Source: Priapulus caudatus
Lineage: Eukaryota
DNA: 58,342 nt
Assembly (NCBI RefSeq): GCF_000485595.1
Contig: NW_014577061.1
Location: 326,488-384,829 of the forward strand
Reading direction: 5' to 3'
In this document: positions 37,401 through 47,487 of the stretch, one piece after another
Position numbering within the stretch: the first letter of the stretch is position 1
Layout: each line of letters opens with the position of its first letter
Notes under the pieces: generated by a model
The model's input: only the letters and a program-made list of their open reading frames with translations
Databases searched by the model: none
Told to the model about the DNA's origin: nothing
Program-made: the position numbers and the translations under genes

Positions 37401-40400
37401 ATTTCAGATTCATTTTATATTTGCACTTTTCATCATTTGCCTACAGATTTAATTTCAGATAGAAGTAAAAAAGGGAGAGAAATAAATAAATTCTATTATA
37501 GAAGTCTATCTCTCTATCCTTCATCCGCCTCAATTCTTAGTTTCCATTAATAATAAGATTGCAATTGCATATTCTTTTTTCTTGTCACTGGCATCCATGA
37601 TAATTACTGGGGATTAACCAAAACCCGTTCGTTTATCTTCCCTAACCCGAGAATTGTGGTGGGCATTCGATTTCGCTTACTAGGTTAACCCAGGTGGTTG
37701 GGCGGAACGCAAATCCGAACGCAACTATTTGTAAATTGTATTGTAATGACCGCTAGATATAAGCTACGTACTTTCTGATGTATTTCGATGAAACATAATC
37801 TTTTCCTCATTAATTATAACATATAATATCACTATATTGCAATCTCTTTTCTGCAATGCTGTTATTTTCATCTCAATGTAAAGTTATGAGAGGGTCTGGG
37901 CTCTCGTAATATTGCATTACCGTCGTAGTACACGCACTCGTAGTGCTTCGTCGACCAGGATCGATGGAATGAGCGAAGGGCTACGACAGACTACTGTACA
38001 GCTAACGAGCGTTACTTATAGTGACTAGGGCCTACGACAGGTTCTAGAAGCCACTAATACGTACTCGTAAGCTCCGTTTGACGTCAGTAGTAGTATTAAA
38101 CTAGTTACGCTTAGTTTAGTCGTAGTAGTAAGCAGCCTAGTGTTTAACCCCTGCAGTCAAGCTGAAACGCTGAAACTAATCAGACGCACGGCACGAACAA
38201 TAAACAGAAATTCGGGCAGCATATAACTCATTAAAAAAAAGCTAATTCTTTATAGCCTAGAGTTACGACGGTGACCCTCGCATAACTAAGATTAAGATGA
38301 AAATACAGATTTGCACAAAGAATTGGCAATTATAGTAATATTACTATGTCTATATATAATGAGTAAAATATGTGTCTTTCATGTGAAAATACATCAGAAA
38401 CTTATACATCCTAGACTAGCGTCCATAAATCCAAAAACCAACATTTACAAACGGTGTTTGTTCTCTTGCTGTTTGAAGGTTTTCTTCAGCCAAAGGCAAA
38501 TCAGTGAAGAAAACGGATGATATTTGGGTTAATTCACTGCAAACTCATGTTAATTGTTTTTAAAGAAAAACATACTAAAAACTTTACTTTAACCTCACTA
38601 TACAGAAATTTTTGGTAGGATAATTGGGGATTTTGCTACAAGTCATGGAGGCTGACCATCTTTGCCAAATTCCAGCCAATCAGAAGGCGCCTAAATCCTT
38701 CCGTTTGGGAAAAAAACATTCGCCGGCGGCCACGACCAGCCGACGACGCTGCCGTTGCCACGGGCAGCCGCAGGCGGTCAGAGAGGTTGTGAAAAACATT
38801 AGGCCGCAAGCCAGGGCGCCCGATAACGGCGCCATGGCATCTGCAGATAGCATGTAGAGGCCCGCGCCACCCCGACGTGCAGCGCCGTACGACACTTTTC
38901 GTAAAAAGCTATGTTGATATACACAACGCGATATACATCCGGCCACTAGGCGCCCGTCATCGCGTTAGCGGCTCAACGACGCGACGCGTCCCGTCATCGT
39001 GATTGACATGCATTTCTGAGATCTTCTCTGTAGGAGTCACTGGTCTTAGCCATGAGGCGGCCAGCCCCAAAAAAGTTTAGGGGCGCGTTTGCTGAAGATG
39101 CCTCTGCCCGTCCATCGCCGAAAATGTCGCGTTGGATTGCGCCCAGTTTCTCGCGATAGTGCGTTTTACAGACCCCTGTCTCACATATCTTCTCTAATGT
39201 GGACAAAAAAGGGGCGGCGTATTCGCGTTGCAACCGGGCGCCGGGCTCGGACGCCGCAAAAGTCCGTCCAGAGGGAGAGACCGGATACTAGAGAGGCGAT
39301 AGCGCAAGGGAAGCACTTGATCCTGACGCGTAATGTGAGCGCGGATGGTTCGCGCGCAGTTCGCGGCGAGGCGCACGCACCGCGGGAACGTGCTACGATT
39401 AGTATTCGGGGGATGGCAGCTGTGCATCGTGCGCCAAATCCCATAGGCCCGGCGCACGGCATGCATGCGCTCCAGCAAACAGTGTTCAATTAGGGGAAGG
39501 GGGCTTTTTTGGGGGGGGGGGGTGCAGATTTCGTGCGGGAGCGGGGGAGTATGCGCCGGCCATTTGGGCGCGGCATTTCTGGGGGAGACTTGGGGATTGG
39601 CGGGCGGTGGCACTTGCCTCTATGGGGGAAAGTTTGGCGCGTTGGGGGAATTGTGGCGCGGATTGCCCCCTTATTTTTTGGAGGGTGGAACCATTTAAGG
39701 GTTTAGCGGGAGGGGAAAAGTGGGGTGGGGGCGATTTGGGAGGGGGTGTGACCTCCTGTTGGGCACGAATTTCGGAGGTTGCCATTGTCCCCTGAAGGGG
39801 GGGCCTCATTTCTAGGAGGGTGGCCATATTTGGGGGGCATTTAGGGTTTTGGGAGGACGGGAATTTGGGGGGAAGGGTCGTGACCCCCTGGGGCGGGGCG
39901 GGGTGATGTGCGAGCGGCCATGTTGTAGGAGGGGGCGCAGGAAGGAGGAAGCGAGGGATTTTGGGTTTTGCAGCTCTGATCAAAATTCTCCAGTATTTGT
40001 TCTGATCATGCCATCATATCACAACGCGCTGTCGGAAGGTGGGTTGTCTCGTAGCGTCAGCGTGCGCTGCGTCGTGCGTCTTTTTGTCGTAGCACTAATG
40101 CTGTAAACGTCCTACACTACGCATGCCGCTGCCAGCCACACACAAGTACAAACAGTCACCCTATCCCTAAAAGTACAACAGTCACCTAACCCTAACGAAG
40201 ATTTTGTCGTCGAATGGCCGCCATCTATCGGACGCATACTGTGCCTAGACTCTTCTGACACGTTCTACAGGCCATAGCGTTGCGTCATATGATGAGCCAA
40301 CCGGGCGGAACACAGGAGGAACGAGACGCGGATGTGGGGGACGGCAGTCAAACCCGGGCGGTGGGTTATAGGTTAGGCTGCGACATACGGGGAACTTTCC

Positions 40401-43385
40401 CACATCCGAAACTTTCTTACCTAACCAAAACCAGCTGTGCCGGTGAAAACCAAACAGCCTGTCTCTGTCAGCTTACACACGCCAAATACCCCATTTTCAA
40501 AACGAAAAAGCATATTATTTCCTTGCCATGTATGCCAAAACTTGTGAAGTAGTAGGTTGTCACAAATCATATATATCTGCACAGCATAAACAAAGATATT
40601 TTTGGAGCTGCCAAAATGGAATTAAATGAGTCCAGAGAGGGCATGTGATTAAGTAATAAGGGGCCTTGAACTGCAGCTTAAATGTAAATGAGTAATAATG
40701 AGTAAATGTAAATGGTACGCTAAACTGGAGTCCGTCAAAAATTTGCTCGACACATGCATCCATCATCGTATCGAATGGTTCCAAAGTGGAGCTTTGCCTG
40801 AAATAGAATTGAGAGATATGGCCGGGCGAGTCCTGTCAAAATTGCTCCACTATTTGTTCGATCATTTCGCCCAGGTAACTGATCTATTTTATAAACTGCC
40901 GTGTGTTGTGCTACGTGCCGTGCGTGTGCGTTGCGCCCGTGTGAAGTGTGTCACTGACTGTGTGGAGTGCGCGTGGTGGCTTCGTGCGTGGCCTGTTGTG
41001 CTGTGCAGTGCGTTGCGTGCGTGTGCGCGCGGTGCGTGTTTGTGGTGTCCTTTGTCGGTGTGCGTGTCAGTGTGGCCACTGTATGGCGCGAGTGCCCGGC
41101 GTTGTGAGACCGTGGTTTGGTGTCCGTTTGTGTGCGTATGGGTCTGAGTGTGTCACTGTGTGTACGTGTGCGTCAGTGCCGTGTGCCGTTGTGCGTGTTG
41201 CCGCATCGTGCGTGTGCGTGCGTGGTTTGTGTGTTGCCATGATGCGTGACTGCGTGTTGCGTGTGCGTCCGAGTGGTGTCACTGCGTGTGCGTGTTCGTC
41301 TGTGCGTCCGCCGTCGGCCGCGCGCGTGCCTCGTCGTGCGCGCGTGCGGTTTTGTGTCCTTGGTGTCGTGCGTATGCCCGTGCGTGTGTGCGTAGTACGT
41401 GTGGTCACTGTGTGTGGCGAGTGCGTGTGCCGATGTCCAGGTGCGTCTGTGTGCCGGGGTCGTGTGCATGGAAATTCGTCCACTATTTGTTTCTGATGAT
41501 TTCGTCAACAAGCAACTACTATTTTATAACTGGTTGTGCGTGCGTGCCATGCGTGTTTGTGCTGTCCTTGTGTGTGTGCGTGTGCGTGTTGTGCCGTGTT
41601 GCGTGTGCGTGCTGCGTGTCAGTGTGATCACTGTGCTAGTGCGAGTGGCCGGTGGCCTGTGTGCACCTGTGTGTGCGTGTTGTGTGCGTGTGCGTGTGGC
41701 GTGTGAGTGTGTACTGTGTTACGTGTACGTTGTGCAGTGTGCATTGGGAGTGCGGTGCTGCCGTGTCGATGTGCTTTGTGCTGCGTGTTACGTGTGCCGT
41801 GTTGCGTGTGCGTGTTGCGTCCGAGTGTCACTGCTGTGCGCTTGTGCGTCGAGTTGCGTCACTGCGTGTGCGTGTGCCTGTGAGCGTGTGCGGTGCGCTG
41901 CTTGCGTGCGGTGTGAGCGCCTGCGTGTTGTGCTGTGTCTTGTGTGTGCGCGTGTGTTGTGGCGTTGTGCGTATGGGGCGGACCCCATCTGGTGCGTGTG
42001 TGCGTGTGAGTGTGTCACTGTGTGTGCGGAGGTGCCGTGGCGTGTGTGCTGCGTCTGGCAAGATGGTCTGTGTGTGCGTGCGTGCTGTGGTGTGCGCGCT
42101 TGCGTCGTGCGCGCTGTGCGTGATTTGTGTGTCGTGCCTGTGTGTGCGTCTCCCAAGACCCGAGTGTGTGTGCCTGTGCGTGTGCGTATGCGTCGCGCGT
42201 GTGCGTGTGAGTGTGTAACTGTGTGCCGAGTATCAGCACTGGATGTGCTGCCACCTATGGAGGTGGCAGGCGACAAAATAAACATGGCTTGCGTTTCTGT
42301 ATAACTCAAGCTGCTTTCGTCTAACCCACAGAATAGATAGAAGTATGGAAATCAGACTCTTAATTCTATTATCTGGTGGTCTACCCGTATTGATACAAGG
42401 CGGTATGTTACCGCTCCGCTTTCACATACAATATCTACCGCCTGTACCGCGTGAGCTAAACCCTGGCGTTTCGCAAGCCTCTGTTATCGATCAGGGCAAC
42501 TTGAATAACTGGAAAATGGACGTCAGGCAAAGCCTGGCTCGCTGATTGCGCTGCATTGCGCCGTTACAGCTCCCCCCACCCCCCTCTGATTGGGCGCAAA
42601 CTGATTCGTTGTTTCGTGAGCGGGCTTGAAGAAGGCAATGCGATACATGCGCGTGAAGTGGAGATGAAGCGCGAAACCGAACCGCTAAATGCTATCATAC
42701 ATGCGTTAGGCTTCTCGTCCTAACTTCATTATTTGTACCCACACAGCATAAACATTCCTGACTCAACACATATATTTTGTAATATAGTTGACTAATCCGC
42801 TGCGTCAATAAAACTCAATATTCACAGACTATAGCTAAGACGGTGTCTTATAAGGTATATCTAGAAATTCTAATTATCTGTAATCACTTACAGCGCGCAA
42901 TATATTTGCTGCATTATTGACTCTATCGTGCGTCATATAAACTCAACATTTCACAGAGAGGTATGGGCCTGCGTGTCTATATTCAAACTTGGTACTGGGA
43001 ATCATTTGCACTAATAATATTCTAGATATATTTCCCAGATATAGCGTTCTTCAAGTTTCGACAGAGCATAAAATAGTTACTAGATTTCTCACGCGCAAGT
43101 GTTGCATGTTCATATACGTGGTTGCAAACTAATAAAATTCGTTAGGACGGCAAGTCAGAGTAGTGACTCACTGACTTCCTGTGCACACGACAGGGGGGGG
43201 GAGACTGTACTTAGGGATTGTTTAAGTTATATGTAATGTCATCCAATATCAATGTAAACTAATACAAGATACAATCTTGTGAAGCTAACAGCTTAAAAGT
43301 TAGGGAAAACACGACTTGGTTGCGGTGATCTAGTGAATTTGCTGCCCTTTGTTCTGTGAAAAATACCGCAGTTAAACGATATTCA

Positions 43386-43416
<31 letters not shown>

Positions 43417-46400
43417 TGTATGTATGTATGTATGTATGTATGTATGTATGTATCTATGTATGTATGTATGTATGTATGTATGTATCGTACTCTATGGCCG
43501 GCCAAAAACCGCCCAAGCGATCTGGATGCAATTTTCAGAGGCCGATTTCCTATACCCGGGGAGTGTTCCTAGACGAACAAAAATTCAAAAAAGTTAAAAA
43601 GTTAAACATTTATAAAAATTCTATTCATCAATAGGTGCGTACACGCCGTGCATCACGTATGTGTCAATCCATTGTGCATAACATAATTGGAGCAATGGCT
43701 TAATGGCTCGAACCCCCGCCAAACTGGTTACTGCTAATTACTGGTTCGAGTCCCAGCTGGGGAACATTTTCGCCCCTTTTTCCCTTTTTCCCCTTTACTT
43801 ACCTCTTTAGTATGTATTATTTTTAATTTATGAATTTATTGAATTTATTCTTTCTTTTTTTTAAAATTTTATTTAAAAAAAAAAGTTTTTTATCTTTTCA
43901 TTTATTATTATTTTTTACTGTTTGGGATGGGATAGGATGGGATGGGATGGGATGGCATGGCATGGCATGGCATGGGATGGGATGCGGTGCGATGACATGG
44001 CATGGGATGTCATGGGATGCGATGGGATGGCATGGATGGATGGATGCATGGATCGATACATGGATAGATAGATAGTTAGATTTTTTTGGGTATTTTCCTT
44101 TCAACCAAGCGGTCACCAACTGAGTAACGCCACTGATTTCCCCGGGCAACGCCGGGTTTCCCGCTAGTATTTCATAAAGCGTGATGCTGAGTCCCTGCTC
44201 TGTTGAAAATTGATACAGGAAAGTGTTTGGAATTGAAAAGTCTTCTTCTCGAGTCACTACACTACTCTTGACCTAGCCACTCCAGCACACAGGACCTGGC
44301 ACAGTGGTTGAAAGCCTCAAGGTCTCCAGGTCTACAGGGCTCTGGTAATAGGGGGCATTCCAGGAGATGTTCCATAGTCTGGTCCTCCCCGCAGTTACTT
44401 TCGCTTGGCCCATCTTCGATGTATCCCCATTTATGCATGAATGCTCTGCCTCGACCAACCTTTGTCTTGAGGCGATTTATGGATAGCCAGGTAGGCCATG
44501 CCTCATTGGCTCTGGGTGGGAGGGATTCCTGGGGACTGAGTAAAAGCTAATGTTGGCTTGCCTGGAGATGTTTTGATCATAGGGCGATCCTGTAGTTTTG
44601 GGGGATTGCCATCCAGGGGTTGGACTGCATGTATGAAACTGTGCCTGGACTTTAGTCGCTTCTGTGCTGGTTCATGTTGGAAAAAGGGGGGGCAAGGGTT
44701 ATTTTCTTGATTCAATTTCTCTACTTGGAATGAAGCCATTCGCCTAACGTGTGGAGGAGCAATGTCACAGAGCAGGTAGAGGTCATTTACTCTGCTTGGT
44801 CTCAAACATCTAGAAATGGCTTTGCAGGCAGTGTTCAGGACTTGTCACGTGTTCAGGTCAATTTTTGTAGCATGGGGCGACCTACTCCAGACAGGGCACT
44901 CATACTCAGCCGCAGAGGAGCACAGGACGATGGCAGTGGTCCTGATTGTCCCGGCGTCTGTTCCCTATTTAGTATTGGTCAGTTTCTTCAGATTTCTGGC
45001 ACCCACCTTGGCCTTTGTATTAGTAATGTGATCCTTGTCAATTAGAGAGCAGTCTAAAGTAACACCCATGTAGACGGGGTTATGGGTATGTATCAGCCAT
45101 TTCTCATACCATTTGACTTTCAATTGACGATTTGCAACCCTGTTCTTTAGATGGAAGACACTTATTGGTGTTTTTCCCGGGATTGGCACATAGATGGTTT
45201 GCTGTGTAGTAGGTGGTTAGGCTTGCGAGAGCGTCAGTGAGGGACTGTTCGACTTCTTCAAAGTACTGTTTCTGTGAAGCAATGCAGACGTCATCTGCAT
45301 ATAGGAAACTCCTGGTGTAGGGGTGGGTGTACTGGCTGGGCATTTGTGTGTACATTAAAGAGCAGAGAAGCCAGAACGCTGCCTTGGTCAAGCTAAGTGA
45401 AGGTGTCTGTATGTTTTTGTGTAGGGTGTGTATGCGTGTGTGTGCATGCGTGCGTGCATGCGTATGTATGTGCGTGAGTGTGCGCGTGTACGGGCTCGCT
45501 TCAATTCAATCAGTTAGAATGGCTTCCATGCCATTTGTAGGCAATCAGTAGCCATTGTTTGCTGTTCTCTTTCTTTTCAAGTGATTGTTACACTGAGCAT
45601 CTCCTAAAGAATGTGTCACCATTTGCACTGCATTGCTTTGCAGGATGTGGCATCACTCTAGCAGATTTTCTCAGTGGCGTCGTTCACTGGGGAGCCGATA
45701 CATGGGGGCGTGTTGATATGCCAATATTTGGTCCGGTAAGTGTTCACTGTTCAGCATGTAAATAATAAAAAAGAATCATGAGAAACTCCATTATTGGAAA
45801 AGTTACAAAAGTAAAATGCACCCCGTGAACAATCGTATACTTATGTTCCGTTAAGTGTGCAGAATTGATTGAAAGTTGGTACTATTTTGAAAAAAATTAG
45901 AGTTACACATGATAATATCGTGTTGGCAATCGTTAAACTATTTATATATTATGTCAGCAGTTTTCATGTAAAGTTGAAATGGTGTTATTATCATTTTAAA
46001 ATATTAAATCATACATTTTAAAGGGGTATCTAGTAAACACTGTCTCCATGATTCCAAGATAATATCTCCATGATTTTTATACAATGCACAAGGTAAATTA
46101 TTTGTCTTTACCAACATGATGATTTTATTACACTTATAGTCAGAGATTAGTAATATGCATAAATGCCAGCACCATTTGTCATAGTTACAACCTAGATCTA
46201 GTGTTAAAACTTGATTTTCTTGATAAACAGTAATTTCGCGTTAATTTACAATTATCCATGGTATTTTTTGCTTTCTAATCGGTATTTGATTACAATGAGA
46301 AAATTCATGGGAAATTTTGTCCTTTTTATTCAGCTATACTCTTCATTTCAGCTCAGCTATATATCGACACTGGACAATTCTCTCGATCATAACATTTCAG

Positions 46401-47291
46401 GAACGATTTCATCTCGAAATGTTCGTCAACATTATCCCTGTATTGTGCAGCTGCTAATAGACAACATCTGTGTGACGACAGGCATTCATTCGTCCCTTCC
46501 GCGAGCACCACATCGACCCGACGGCGCTGACGCGACACGACCTCATCGAGGCAAATGGCGACAACTGCATGGCGACGATTCCGTTTCTCAGCTACATGGC
46601 GTACAAGTTTGCGAGCCACGCTCCCGAGCAGATCGCGGCCGACTACTCGTGGGACATGTTTGTGTACCAGCTGAGCATCTTCGTCACATTAACTAACCAG
46701 GTGAGAGAGCGATGATGCTAGTTCTGCTTGTGCGCTTACGCTGTCAGACTTTTTTAGTTCATCTGACGTAATCAGGTGCAGCTTGTAGAATCGCATGATT
46801 TTCCGTCCGTCCGGCCGTCCGTGCGTCCGTGCGTTCGTCCGTCAACAGTTGGGCACAAATCTTAACCGCTCGACATACGGTCACGATATTCGGGACGTGG
46901 GGGGGTAATCCGAGAACGAGTTGGGATGTCGAAGCTGGGGGTCAAAGGTCAAAGGTCAAGAGGTGTAAAAGAAGGGGGAACATTCCCTCCTTAACATAAG
47001 GTATAGGGAGGAAATGCAGAATTGCAGCACAAATCTAAACGGCTCGACCTAGGCTCGTGATAGTCGGTGTATAGCATCATGGTAGGAAAAGCCATCACTG
47101 TGCCGAAATTGGCCCGCACTTGTTTATGATGTCCTTTATTTCCAGAATGTACATTACATTACACGTTATACAGAATATCTACAATATTGTGATGGTAGCA
47201 TAGTTCAGTGATGGCCCAAACAGGTATATAGCATAAACAGTTTTTAATAAAGTAGTGCTTTCGCTGTCAGGCTTGGCAGGAGAGAGACAGG

Positions 47292-47384
<93 letters not shown>

Positions 47385-47387
47385 GGG

Positions 47388-47437
<50 letters not shown>

Positions 47438-47441
47438 GGGG

Positions 47442-47487
<46 letters not shown>

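Noticed and set aside
40698..42309. Cys/Val-rich and Thr/His-rich ORFs
   Set aside because: Translations of degenerate GT/GC simple repeat.
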